Shown here: one piece after another, positions 47,117 through 56,562 of the stretch
Layout: each line of letters opens with the position of its first letter
Numbering within the stretch: the stretch's first letter is position 1
IMG/VR virus record: IMGVR_UViG_3300020180_000003
Location: 14 to 64,013 of that record
DNA: 64,000 bases
Origin: a virus
Lineage: Duplodnaviria > Caudoviricetes
Direction: 5' to 3' (one strand)
Program-made: the position numbers and the translations under genes
The notes under the pieces: model-generated
What the model was told of the DNA's origin: nothing
What the model saw: the letters and a program-made list of their open reading frames with translations, nothing else
The model's database searches: none

Positions 47117-47347
47117 ATGTTTATTGAAACTTTTGACGGGGAACTAGTGAATCTGGATCGTGTTGGGATTATCCGTGTCAGCCCCCGCGGCACCGAGTCG
47201 GAGGTAATGGCGTGTATGGGGGCGCTCGACCGCGACGGTGATGAGATAAGTTATCAATTGTTCCGGGGCACAGGAGAGGCGTGTAAGGCATACATGACGG
47301 CTCTCAAAGAGCGCCTGCGTGGCTGGGATCGCTGGATGAAGTTGTAA
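47117..47347 (+). CDS. Hypothetical protein
   Basis: First rightward gene after the promoter. Confidence 0.65.
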   Translation: MFIETFDGELVNLDRVGIIRVSPRGTESEVMACMGALDRDGDEISYQLFRGTGEACKAYMTALKERLRGWDRWMKL

Positions 47348-47556
47348 TGGCAATTACCACATGCGGATATGACCCCACAAAGATGGCAGACCATTTTACC
47401 ATCACTCAGTTGGAGGAAATGCTCCATAGACGGCGTGACGACCCAGATAACCGGGCAAAAAAGCCTGGTATCTATTTGTTCGACAAAAAAACCAATAAGC
47501 GGATCGACAACATTACTTGGGCAATCTACTACAAAACGAAAACGAAGGGGACATAA
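47347..47556 (+). CDS. Hypothetical protein
   Basis: Coupled ORF. Confidence 0.55.
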   Translation: MAITTCGYDPTKMADHFTITQLEEMLHRRRDDPDNRAKKPGIYLFDKKTNKRIDNITWAIYYKTKTKGT

Positions 47557-47558
47557 AC

Positions 47559-47819
47559 ATGGCAAAGAAAAAAGCACCGCCACTGAATAAGCCATTTGGT
47601 AGAACTGCTCGACAGGAGCTAGTGGCCGCTGCACAATTGAAGCTGCTTATTTGGCGGCGAGACGGGCAAACTGCCACACCGGGAGACGCAATAGAGTCTG
47701 TTGTCGACGGCAGTCAACCCAACACGTTGGGCGGTATGATGAAAATCTATGTCTTGGGATTAAACGCCACCGGTTGGCGTAGAATCGAATGTGAAATAGA
47801 GAGAGAGGCGGCAAAATGA
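47559..47819 (+). CDS. Hypothetical protein
   Basis: MAKKKAPP start. Confidence 0.5.
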   Translation: MAKKKAPPLNKPFGRTARQELVAAAQLKLLIWRRDGQTATPGDAIESVVDGSQPNTLGGMMKIYVLGLNATGWRRIECEIEREAAK

Positions 47820-48328
47820 TCGAAAAATACCCATACTTTGAGATGCACAGGATCTCCGTTGGATTAGTGCAACGGCTGCTCCCCGCCTGTGTACGTATCG
47901 AAGTCGTGGGCAGTATTCGCCGCAGGGAGGCGGAGATTGGCGACATCAAGATTATCGTCATCCCACACACCCCGCTAGATGCGCTACTTGCATCCCTGCA
48001 AGTATCGTTCCTAAAAAACGATGCTCAGCACAAACAATTTCTGTTTTCTGAAAATAGGCGTCGGCGTGGACAGGTGTACCAGGCCGAAATACTCCTGCAA
48101 CGTGACCCGGCGACGTGGGGCATCAATATGCTGTTGCACACCGGTGCCGCCGATTTCAACCATCAGATGATGATACCGAAGCGAAGCGGCGGACTGATGC
48201 CGAATGATTTCCAAATACGCGAGCGTCGCGTATGGTTTGGAGGGTTGGCGCTGGACACGCCGACAGAGGAAAGTATTTTCGAGTTATGGGGGATGGAATG
48301 GATCGCTCCAGAGGATCGCCATGATTGA
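47816..48328 (+). CDS. Minimal DNA polymerase X-family protein (palm and thumb), catalytic motif altered
   Basis: VVGSIRR...GDIKI, LLHTG...FN, TPTEESIFELWGMEWIAPEDR. Confidence 0.85.
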   Translation: MIEKYPYFEMHRISVGLVQRLLPACVRIEVVGSIRRREAEIGDIKIIVIPHTPLDALLASLQVSFLKNDAQHKQFLFSENRRRRGQVYQAEILLQRDPATWGINMLLHTGAADFNHQMMIPKRSGGLMPNDFQIRERRVWFGGLALDTPTEESIFELWGMEWIAPEDRHD

Positions 48329-48479
48329 CTTAACCGAACTTTTGCGCCACCTAGCGCAATCGTCACAGCCCGTCAAGATGCAATGCGCAGGCTGTGACGG
48401 CTGGTTTCATTCGCGGATCATGGGCAGAGACGGGATTGGTCGGTGCAAAAAGTGTAACGAGAATCAGGAGGTGCTATGA
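48321..48479 (+). CDS. Small Zn-finger protein (paralog of 51625..51822)
   Basis: MIDLTELLR...CAGC...CKKC. Confidence 0.65.
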   Translation: MIDLTELLRHLAQSSQPVKMQCAGCDGWFHSRIMGRDGIGRCKKCNENQEVL

Positions 48480-48811
48480 CCATGACTGAATCAGTAATCA
48501 GAATCAGCGACATGCCAGCAACGCCGATGGATGAAGAGGGCGACTTCATCCACGAGTATACGACCGCTGGTATATTCGTCAAGCCCGATCCGCCTGACGA
48601 GGGCTGGGGGTGTTCGTTTGGGGCGTGGTACGAGAATCCAGTCTACCTTAAAGGGTTTGACTCCTCGTTCGACGCTTGGGCTTTTGTTGTGGCAGCTACC
48701 GGAATCAATCCAACTGCCGGCAGTCCAGATAAATTTAATCAATGGACAAAGAGGCCGCAACCAGACACGGCGGGAATGGTGGCCGAGCCGGAACAAATGA
48801 GGCTGATGTGA
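48476..48811 (+). CDS. Hypothetical protein
   Basis: AGGAGGT RBS. Confidence 0.6.
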   Translation: MTMTESVIRISDMPATPMDEEGDFIHEYTTAGIFVKPDPPDEGWGCSFGAWYENPVYLKGFDSSFDAWAFVVAATGINPTAGSPDKFNQWTKRPQPDTAGMVAEPEQMRLM

Positions 48812-48993
48812 GAACTCGCGACAAACGTCCAACCGGCTGCGAGTCCACCAGCCACGACCACGACGATTGCCGCGGCGAACTGTGGCAGTGTGAGAAGTGC
48901 GGCAAACAGGTGTGCTACGCCGATGGCACCGACAACGACCCGGAAATATGCGACGCGTGTTGGAATGAGAAACACAAAGGGGACATAAAATGA
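48808..48993 (+). CDS. Small Cys-rich protein
   Basis: CEKCGKQVC...CDAC. Confidence 0.5.
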   Translation: MRTRDKRPTGCESTSHDHDDCRGELWQCEKCGKQVCYADGTDNDPEICDACWNEKHKGDIK

Positions 48994-49310
48994 ACAATGT
49001 CAAAATAGCAATCGCCGCTGTCGGCCTAGTAGTCCTGCTGATATGGCTTGCTGTTGAAGCACAGGCCCAGGCAGTCTGCGCAACCCAGCCGGACGGTAGC
49101 GTGTTGTGTTGCGTAACCCAGCCGGATGGCTCTCAACTATGCATGAGCAGTATCAGCAGCACACTGACGCCGTTCGTGCCAACCAGCACGCCGGTGCCGA
49201 CAGCGCAGCCCACACTGACGCCCACGCCGGTGCCAACAGTGGTGATACGTCCGTGGAAGAGATTCGTTTATTTGCCAATAGTCAATCGTCAAGAATTGAG
49301 TCGCGATTAA
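48990..49310 (+). CDS. Secreted Pro/Thr-rich protein with C-terminal YLPIV motif
   Basis: Signal peptide, PT repeats, FVYLPIVNR. Confidence 0.7.
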   Translation: MNNVKIAIAAVGLVVLLIWLAVEAQAQAVCATQPDGSVLCCVTQPDGSQLCMSSISSTLTPFVPTSTPVPTAQPTLTPTPVPTVVIRPWKRFVYLPIVNRQELSRD

Positions 49311-49347
49311 GCCGCGGACGTGCTGCACTGAGAGCGAGGATCGAGAG

Positions 49348-49596
49348 ATGAATGGAAAATTGCCACCACCAGTTTGGGAAGATGGCTACCCAGCCAATCT
49401 GTCCGCCACAATCGAGGATTCTCTGATGTGGATGAGGGCGCACCGAGACTACATCGCCACTATCTGTCGAATCAACCGCAGTGCTAAGGCGAGCATCGCT
49501 GATAATCTGCAGCGCATAGAGCAATGCATCGAGTTCATGGAGTCCTACCTACCAGACGCGGAAAGCCACATCGAGAAAATCATCGAATCAGCCTAG
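49348..49596 (+). CDS. Hypothetical protein
   Basis: GAGGA RBS. Confidence 0.5.
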   Translation: MNGKLPPPVWEDGYPANLSATIEDSLMWMRAHRDYIATICRINRSAKASIADNLQRIEQCIEFMESYLPDAESHIEKIIESA

Positions 49597-49742
49597 TCGC
49601 TTCACGGTCGCCGCCGCCTGCAACATGCTGCAACGTCGCACCCCGCAGGCTATCGACCATCAATCCACCGGCGAAGGCGGGCAGTCGGGTAGCTCACACT
49701 CTTATTTGGAACGAGCCTGTTCTGGTCCAATCAAGGAAAATC

Positions 49743-50567
49743 ATGAACAACAAAACCAATGGTATGCGCGCAAACCTAGCTGGCGCAAACCTATGGGGTA
49801 AAAACCTAGTTGGCGCTAACCTAGTCGGTGCGAAACTGCGGGGCGCTGATCTAGGGAGCGCTTTGCTGGATGGCGCGAATCTGCGGGATGCGGATCTAGG
49901 GGGCGCTTCTCTGTGGAATTCTCGCCTAGAGGGTGCCGATCTAAAAGGTGCCAATCTAGTCGGTACCGATCTAGTCGGTACCATTCTGACGGGTGCAAAT
50001 CTAGAGGGTGCCAATCTGTCGGGTGCCAATCTGGAAGGTTCGGATCTGACGGGTGCCAATCTGGTCGGTGCCAAGCTAGTTGGCGCTAACCTAGTCGGTG
50101 CGAAACTACGGGGCACCAATCTGGAGTGTGCCAATCTGTTCGGTGCCAATCTGGAGGGTGCCAATCTGGAGTGTGCCAATCTGTTCGGTGCCAATCTGGA
50201 GGGTGCCAATCTGGAGTGTGCCAATCTGGAGGGTGCCAATCTAGTCGGTGCCAATCTGTCGGGTGCGGATATGTCGGGCGCGGCTCTAGAAGGTTCGGAT
50301 CTGACGGGCACTGTTCTAGAAAATGTCAAAAATATTATTATAGCGGGTACCGATCCCCGCGGGCATCTATTCTATGGCTCCATTGACAAGAACGGATGCC
50401 TGATCGTAAAAGCCGGTTGCCGGAAATTCGCTGGCGTGGATGCTGCGAATATGCACTGGCGGGTTCGACATCATGACGATCCAGTACTCCACGCGGCTTG
50501 CCTGGATCTGGTTAGTGAGATCGAAGAAAAAGCTGCTCGCAATGGGTGGCAGCTTAACCCCAATTAG
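49743..50567 (+). CDS. Pentapeptide repeat protein
   Basis: Long A(N/D)LxG tract (15-bp repeats); C-terminal VKAGC domain. Confidence 0.95.
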   Translation: MNNKTNGMRANLAGANLWGKNLVGANLVGAKLRGADLGSALLDGANLRDADLGGASLWNSRLEGADLKGANLVGTDLVGTILTGANLEGANLSGANLEGSDLTGANLVGAKLVGANLVGAKLRGTNLECANLFGANLEGANLECANLFGANLEGANLECANLEGANLVGANLSGADMSGAALEGSDLTGTVLENVKNIIIAGTDPRGHLFYGSIDKNGCLIVKAGCRKFAGVDAANMHWRVRHHDDPVLHAACLDLVSEIEEKAARNGWQLNPN

Positions 50568-50628
50568 ATGACGTCATCGGTCATTGGTCTCACTCATAGT
50601 ATACTAGCTCACATAGAGAAAGGCATTT

Positions 50629-50844
50629 ATGGCATACACAAGCAAGCAATACGCGGCTCAAGCCGCTGTGCAACAACTGATTTGCAGGGCCGAGGCAGAC
50701 GGACTATGTGCAGTCTGCCACCAAAAAAAGCGCGCCCGATGGCGTGATACAGGCGAGATGCGCATGACATGTGGTAGCGACAAGTGTTTCATAGACTGGC
50801 TTCCGGTGAAAGGATTACATCAAGCCCGAAAGGAAAAGTTATGA
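50629..50844 (+). CDS. Small Zn-finger protein
   Basis: CAVC...TCGSDKC. Confidence 0.55.
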   Translation: MAYTSKQYAAQAAVQQLICRAEADGLCAVCHQKKRARWRDTGEMRMTCGSDKCFIDWLPVKGLHQARKEKL

Positions 50845-51404
50845 TATGGAATGATACCAAGATACGCGAATGGGGCGCATCTGGTGGACTCACACCATTT
50901 GAACCTAATCAGGTACGCATGGTTGATGACAAGAAAATCATCAGCTATGGGTGTGGCAGCTACGGCTACGATATTCGACTAGAAGATGAATTCCAGGTTT
51001 TTGCCGTCCCACTAGATCGGCAAGGCATTATCGATCCGTTGAATTTCGATCCCCAAAACTTGCGTGAGCATAGAGGCGATGTTTGTATCATTCCACCTAA
51101 TAGCTTTACGTTGGCACGCAGTTTGGAGTATTTCCGTATGCCCCGCAATGTAACGGGTCTAGCTGTAGGTAAATCAACCTACGCACGCTGTGGCATTATC
51201 GTCAATATAACGCCACTAGAAGCAGCATGGGAAGGCATTTTGACAATCGAGATTAGCAACACTACGCCGTTACCATGCAAGATTTATGCACACATGGGGA
51301 TTGCTCAAATCTTATTCTTCGAGGGCGACGCACCTTCTGTCAGTTACGCTGACCGACAAGGAAAATACCAGGGGCAGCGAGGGATCACTCTAGCTAAAGT
51401 GTGA
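50841..51404 (+). CDS. dcd: dCTP deaminase
   Basis: [41 protein letters not shown]. Confidence 0.95.
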   Translation: MIWNDTKIREWGASGGLTPFEPNQVRMVDDKKIISYGCGSYGYDIRLEDEFQVFAVPLDRQGIIDPLNFDPQNLREHRGDVCIIPPNSFTLARSLEYFRMPRNVTGLAVGKSTYARCGIIVNITPLEAAWEGILTIEISNTTPLPCKIYAHMGIAQILFFEGDAPSVSYADRQGKYQGQRGITLAKV

Positions 51405-51416
51405 GGAGATTGTCGG

Positions 51417-51632
51417 ATGACTGAAGAGTCGCAACGCTACTCAAGGCGAACGGTCCGTTGGCAAGTCCATTTTTTCGAGAATGGTGAATGGTGGAATGAC
51501 ACCGCTGCCGGTGATCACATGTCTCTGGAGACGGCTGCATTGACAATGCGGGTTCGAATGCGAAAGCCGGGCGTGACACATGGGCGTATTATGGAAGTCA
51601 TCAAAACTGAAACCGAGGTGACGAATGATTGA
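51417..51632 (+). CDS. Hypothetical protein
   Basis: GAGGAG RBS. Confidence 0.55.
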   Translation: MTEESQRYSRRTVRWQVHFFENGEWWNDTAAGDHMSLETAALTMRVRMRKPGVTHGRIMEVIKTETEVTND

Positions 51633-51822
51633 CTTAACCGAACTTTTGCGCCGTCTAACGCAATCGTCACAGCCCGTCACGTTGCAATGCGCAGAATGCG
51701 AGGACATGTTCGTGTCGCTGATCGTTGGCGGTGACGGCTGGGGCCGGTGTGTGAAATGTAACGAAAATCAGGAGAAAAAAACAGGAGAAAAAAATGAGAT
51801 ACACAGCAACCCCCAGCGATGA
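51625..51822 (+). CDS. Small Zn-finger protein (paralog of 48321..48479)
   Basis: MIDLTELLR...CAEC...CVKC. Confidence 0.65.
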   Translation: MIDLTELLRRLTQSSQPVTLQCAECEDMFVSLIVGGDGWGRCVKCNENQEKKTGEKNEIHSNPQR

Positions 51823-51994
51823 CGGAATCGCCTGGGGAGTGACAGACGGACTGGGAGCGATAAGCTACCAGCCCGATATGACAGAAATGCAGGCCCGAAT
51901 TGTGGCTATGTTCCACAACAATGAATTTGCGCAGGAGTTTGATAAAATCTGCGCAATCCTAGAAGATGCCGGCATTGATTTCGAGGCACTGTGA
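51794..51994 (+). CDS. Hypothetical protein
   Basis: CAGGAGA RBS. Confidence 0.6.
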   Translation: MRYTATPSDDGIAWGVTDGLGAISYQPDMTEMQARIVAMFHNNEFAQEFDKICAILEDAGIDFEAL

Positions 51995-52086
51995 TCTGCC
52001 CAAGGCTAAAGCGCTTAGGCTTCCAAGTCGGTGACTTGGCCCGTTGGCGTCAAGCCCTGTATGATACTAGCTACACCTCGAAGGGT

Positions 52087-52314
52087 GTGGGCGAATAGTG
52101 TGTGGATTGCGCCGGGTGTCCACACACCTCGTGCCCGCGTGGGCAAACATGAAAAGGATCAAAATGATACTTTTCAACCGACCTTCACACCATACCCACG
52201 TGGGGCCAACATGTCGGTAAATGAGGATCAAAATGACCCTCATATTCAGCCCATGCCCACGTGGGCAATTAGTGTGTGGATTGCGTCGGGTGTCCACACA
52301 CCTCGCGCCCGCGT
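52087..52314. repeat. Non-coding array of degenerate CCC(A/G)CGTGGG palindromes separated by hairpin units (A-B-B'-A')
   Basis: GTGGG cores at 52087, 52139, 52200, 52261; unit A repeated at 52097-52140 and 52271-52314; GGATCAAAATGA at 52156 and 52225. Confidence 0.8.
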
Positions 52315-52614
52315 ATTGCCTCACCTACGCAACGCATTCTCGTCCAGCCTATTGCGTTCCCCAACAACTGTGATATACTGATTGTGGCTTTCCTGTAAAA
52401 TATTTACCTGACGCCAACCAGGACAGACGCGGCGGCGTGCAGACGTCGAGAAACTTTTCCCTGGTGCCACCCTGCCGAATCCGCGCCCAAAGGGTGGCCG
52501 CGGCAACTTTGATTCTCCTTTGTGACTGGGGCGGCGTTTCATGGCGCTGCTCCAGGAGAGGGAAAACATGGACACAGTGAGTGCAATTATCGGGCACACG
52601 GGGGCGCTTGAATA

Positions 52615-53220
52615 GTGCTCAACCGTGACGAGTTGCGCCGCCTAGTAATCCCTAATGAGCCTCTTCTTAACACCGCGCTTTATTCCCGCGTTGAGCGCGC
52701 CACGGCACCGACTGCGTGGCGCGCTATCCTCGTCTACCACCTGCTGCCCCACGAAAACGGCAATCAACATAATATTTTCATTGACTGCCTAGACACTGGC
52801 GGCAGATGGGCCAGAGCGGACGAGATGCAGGTGGGCTGGACGTGGGAGGGCAGACGAGAACACGAACCGGCACCAGCGCGACCCTTTGAGAAGCGGCCAC
52901 CCGAGCCGCGCGCCCAGGTGGATTTGTACGCGCGTCAGGTGACGAGTGTGTGGATACAGGATAATATGGGCGTGCCGTCTGACCGCGTGCATGGGTTGCG
53001 TTCTGACGTTGAGGACGTGCCGGGGAACAACCTATTTCACAATAGTTTTTTTTGTATATTCCAGCTAATGACGCGCGAAGTCGCACCGCCCCCGGTCGTG
53101 ATTGCGCCCGGGCCCGACGAACCACAGCAGCCTACATTGACGCTAGAACAGAGAGTTGCAGCAACCGAACGTGCTATCGCTGAATTGGCAGCGTGGCGGC
53201 GATCAATGGAAGGCGATTAA
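52615..53220 (+). CDS. Hypothetical protein
   Basis: 201-aa ORF coupled to the CHAT gene. Confidence 0.6.
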   Translation: MLNRDELRRLVIPNEPLLNTALYSRVERATAPTAWRAILVYHLLPHENGNQHNIFIDCLDTGGRWARADEMQVGWTWEGRREHEPAPARPFEKRPPEPRAQVDLYARQVTSVWIQDNMGVPSDRVHGLRSDVEDVPGNNLFHNSFFCIFQLMTREVAPPPVVIAPGPDEPQQPTLTLEQRVAATERAIAELAAWRRSMEGD

Positions 53221-54024
53221 ATGCGTGTATTGTTTGTGGCACCGCTAACAGACCTCATGTTCGCGGATGAGGAAGCGCAGGACGTGTCAAATAGTGGTTT
53301 GGATATTACGTCACTACGCGGCACGGTTACACAGGCCGAATTGCTACGGGCTATAACAGGCGGCGAGCATGATTTACTGTGGTTGGCCACGCACGGCAAT
53401 AAAGACGGCGTATTGCTGAGTGACGGTATTCTGTCCGCTTCGCTGCTGACCTCTCTGGTGCGTGGGCGATTCGATACCGTGTTCCTGAATACCTGTGAAA
53501 GTTTCGAGGCTGCACGTATGCTACAGAACGAGACGCAGGCTTCCGTTATCGCGACAATTCAAGCGGTGCCAGACAAAGAGGCTTACCAGACTGGCGCGCT
53601 GTTCGCCTACTGGCTACAAAAAACAGATGACGTAGCTGAGGCATATCAGCACAGCAAACCTGGCGGAAATCGCACCTACGTGCATCTGGCCGGTAGTAAA
53701 AAAAAAATGAGCGCTGACAAAAATCAGAATTTCCCGGCATCTTCATTGAGTGAGCAATTGTTGCTGGCTTATATCAAAGAGGATCGAGAATGGAAGCGCA
53801 GCATCGAGCAACGCCTAGGGGATGTCGAAAGCAGTCGCCCAATAGCCATCACGCCGCAAACAATGTGGCTATTGTTGATCATCATGGGACTAGTGATTTC
53901 ATTTGTGGTTTTCGGCCTCGAGTATGTACGTAGCTCAGGATATGGTTTCGGAGGGAGCATCACGTTTCCACTACCGTGCGCTGAAGTGGTGCGACAATAT
54001 TGTCAGGAAAAACAATGGATCTAA
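53221..54024 (+). CDS. CHAT (caspase-like) domain protein with C-terminal TM helix
   Basis: LLWLATHG and VFLNTCES (His/Cys dyad); hydrophobic C-terminal segment. Confidence 0.8.
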   Translation: MRVLFVAPLTDLMFADEEAQDVSNSGLDITSLRGTVTQAELLRAITGGEHDLLWLATHGNKDGVLLSDGILSASLLTSLVRGRFDTVFLNTCESFEAARMLQNETQASVIATIQAVPDKEAYQTGALFAYWLQKTDDVAEAYQHSKPGGNRTYVHLAGSKKKMSADKNQNFPASSLSEQLLLAYIKEDREWKRSIEQRLGDVESSRPIAITPQTMWLLLIIMGLVISFVVFGLEYVRSSGYGFGGSITFPLPCAEVVRQYCQEKQWI

Positions 54025-54359
54025 CGATTGCGTATCTCCTGACGTGTATATTGGGGATATCGAAAACGATTCGACACCTATTTGACTACTATTGGGGGCC
54101 ATACGTACCGAATAACGGTTGGTATTTCACGATTGGTGTGACATCTAGCCTATTTCTGGCCGCGTGCGGCGCGTTGCTCTGGATAGGTGTTGGCGATCAT
54201 CCCATGTTTGCTGCTGCTTCAATCCGTTATTATGTGCGTATAAGTTTTTTGGGATTTGTATTATTCGGTATCCCGTTTGAGGCAATCTACTGGATTGATA
54301 GATTATTCGTCCATCAGGTGCCGGGCAAACTAGAAGTGACGGAATCGAAAACCGATTAA
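54015..54359 (+). CDS. Three-TM membrane protein
   Basis: Hydrophobic segments; AGGA RBS. Confidence 0.6.
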   Translation: MDLTIAYLLTCILGISKTIRHLFDYYWGPYVPNNGWYFTIGVTSSLFLAACGALLWIGVGDHPMFAAASIRYYVRISFLGFVLFGIPFEAIYWIDRLFVHQVPGKLEVTESKTD

Positions 54360-54374
54360 TAGGAGAAAACATCG

Positions 54375-56258
54375 ATGTCAATTTGGATTTCAAAAGAAGA
54401 GATTGCCGCGTTGCCCACAAGCGGCACTGCATGGAATAGTGTTCTAAGTGCAGCGAATAGCAGCTGGGGCAGCGCGGACCTGTCCGACAACAACAGTTCG
54501 CACGATGTCGCCACACTAGCCGGGGCACTGGTGGCGGTGCGCAATGCAGACAATGCCATGCGCGAGAAAACGATTGCAGGCCTCAAGTCTGCAATGGCGT
54601 CGAAGTTTGCGCGGGCGCTTGAACTGAGCCGTGGGCTGCAAACGTATATCATAGTTGCCGACATCATCGGCTACCGTGATGCAGCTTTTCTGACGTGGGT
54701 AGAGAAAGCTACCACGGCCACCGTGCAAGGCCATTCTGGTGGCGACGGCGTTATCGGCACAGCCGAGCAATCCGCCAACAACTGGGGCGGTCATGCCCGG
54801 GCATCACTAGCCGCCGCCGCTGTATTCCTGAACCGTACCGATTGGAAGGCATTGATCATCACCGCTCACCGTGCCTTCATCGGGGCAAGCGCACCGGGAA
54901 ACAAGATGCGCTATGGCAGTACCGGCTGGCACGCTGGCACACCACAGTCGGGTATCAACCGGCCTGATGCAAAAAGAGGTGCAGTCAGTCTGTCCGGCGT
55001 GCTTGCCGAAGACTGGCGGCGTGGTGCTGATTTCAAGTGGCCCCCGTCTGCTAGCGGCTATATGTGGGAGGGTATGCAGGGGCTGGTTGTGACCGCGGTC
55101 ATCCTACACCGTGCTGGCTGGGTAGCGTTCAATGAGTCTGACAATGCGATTGTGCGCGCTATGGATGTGCTCTATGGTACCGGCGCGGCGGCTGGCAATA
55201 GTCCAGTATTCAAAAACCCCGCAGCCAGTGATGACACATGGATCCCCTGGATAGTCAACGCTGTTGCTGGGACAAGTTACCCGACGACCGCCGCTTCGTC
55301 TGGTAAAAATATGGGATACACCGACTGGACGCACGCCAAAGCGGGCACAGCGCCACCAGTGGAACCACCCGTGGACCCGCCACCCGTCGATCCGCCACCG
55401 ACTGGTACATCGCCAATGGATTTTCTGGATTCATCAAGCTGGTATCTCACGCTCCCGACAAAAATCAAGGCTACGCCTGACACGGTGAAAATACCAGAGT
55501 TGCGAACCTACGCTAGCGAATGGTTTCGTTTGAATAGTGCCAAGGACGGCGTTGTTTTCAAAGCGCCCACAGACGGGGCAACGACAACGAACTCAAAGAA
55601 CCCACGTTCTGAATTGCGCGAGATGTCACCCGATGGCAAGACGCAAGCCGCCTGGTCATCGACCACGGGCACGCATTCGATGGATATTGAGCAGATGGTC
55701 AGTGCCGTGCCGATTGGCAGCAAGCCCGTCGTGGTGGTGGGGCAAATTCACGACGAAGACGACGATGTAACCGTATTCCGATTCGAGGGCAATACCAGCG
55801 GCGACCGCAATGTCGGGGAACTCTGGATCACCGATGGCAACACATCGCATGGTCATCTCGTAGATGACAACCTGGCGTTAGGCACCAAGTTCAGCGTAGG
55901 GTTCCAGGTGGCTGATGGCAAAATAACCTACACCTACAACGGCCAGACGGTGGATTATACACAATCCAAGAAACTCAGCGGCTGTTATTTCAAGGCTGGC
56001 TCCTACAACCAAGCCGGTGGCATTGTTACTAAGCTGCCCGATGGTAAAGCCGACTATGCCGAGGTCACGATCTACGCGCTTCAGGTATGCCATGATGGAA
56101 AATGCACCGGACGCAAGCCAGGCGTTATCGTGCCACCTGTTGACCCACCCGTAGACCCGCCCATCACATACAGCCTGACGGTTACGGGCGCCGCGACATC
56201 TATCGCTGCGTTAAAGGCTTTCATCAAGGCTGACACGTCTTCGCTGAAAGTCAGCTAG
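54375..56258 (+). CDS. Two-domain polysaccharide (alginate-type) lyase
   Basis: C-terminal PL7 motifs PRSELRE, QIH, YFKAGSYNQ; N-terminal helical domain with ANNWG; Pro-rich linkers. Confidence 0.8.
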   Translation: MSIWISKEEIAALPTSGTAWNSVLSAANSSWGSADLSDNNSSHDVATLAGALVAVRNADNAMREKTIAGLKSAMASKFARALELSRGLQTYIIVADIIGYRDAAFLTWVEKATTATVQGHSGGDGVIGTAEQSANNWGGHARASLAAAAVFLNRTDWKALIITAHRAFIGASAPGNKMRYGSTGWHAGTPQSGINRPDAKRGAVSLSGVLAEDWRRGADFKWPPSASGYMWEGMQGLVVTAVILHRAGWVAFNESDNAIVRAMDVLYGTGAAAGNSPVFKNPAASDDTWIPWIVNAVAGTSYPTTAASSGKNMGYTDWTHAKAGTAPPVEPPVDPPPVDPPPTGTSPMDFLDSSSWYLTLPTKIKATPDTVKIPELRTYASEWFRLNSAKDGVVFKAPTDGATTTNSKNPRSELREMSPDGKTQAAWSSTTGTHSMDIEQMVSAVPIGSKPVVVVGQIHDEDDDVTVFRFEGNTSGDRNVGELWITDGNTSHGHLVDDNLALGTKFSVGFQVADGKITYTYNGQTVDYTQSKKLSGCYFKAGSYNQAGGIVTKLPDGKADYAEVTIYALQVCHDGKCTGRKPGVIVPPVDPPVDPPITYSLTVTGAATSIAALKAFIKADTSSLKVS

Positions 56259-56270
56259 GGGCGGCGTCGC

Positions 56271-56561
56271 ATGATCGCGAAACGCAAAGCCCAGCCTAAC
56301 CGCAGAATTCTGATGGAGACGGACCAAGGCCACGGGTTGAGTTTATCGCCAACCGAAGAACGGGTTGTCCGTGCTGTGTTGGCTGGGCATGTGACTGGTA
56401 AGGAATTAGGCAAGTATCTCGGCATGACGCAACGGGCACTGATATGGCACCAGCACAGAGTTTATATCAAAACCGGAGCGCGCAATCTAGTCGATTTGGT
56501 GTTAATGATAACTGGACGCATAGAGCGCCCGGGGAATCTGGATGACATAGAAAAGGAATAA
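56271..56561 (+). CDS. LuxR-family HTH protein
   Basis: LSPTEERVVRAVLAG...ELGKYLGM...HRVYIKTGARN. Confidence 0.75.
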   Translation: MIAKRKAQPNRRILMETDQGHGLSLSPTEERVVRAVLAGHVTGKELGKYLGMTQRALIWHQHRVYIKTGARNLVDLVLMITGRIERPGNLDDIEKE

Positions 56562-56562
56562 C

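Noticed and set aside
52087-52314. Canonical CRISPR or TIGR array; ORFs 52031..52381 and 52067..52324
   Set aside because: Repeats are degenerate, the intervening units are duplicated hairpins, and no Nop-domain gene is apparent. The ORFs only translate the repeats. Kept as an unexplained ncRNA array.
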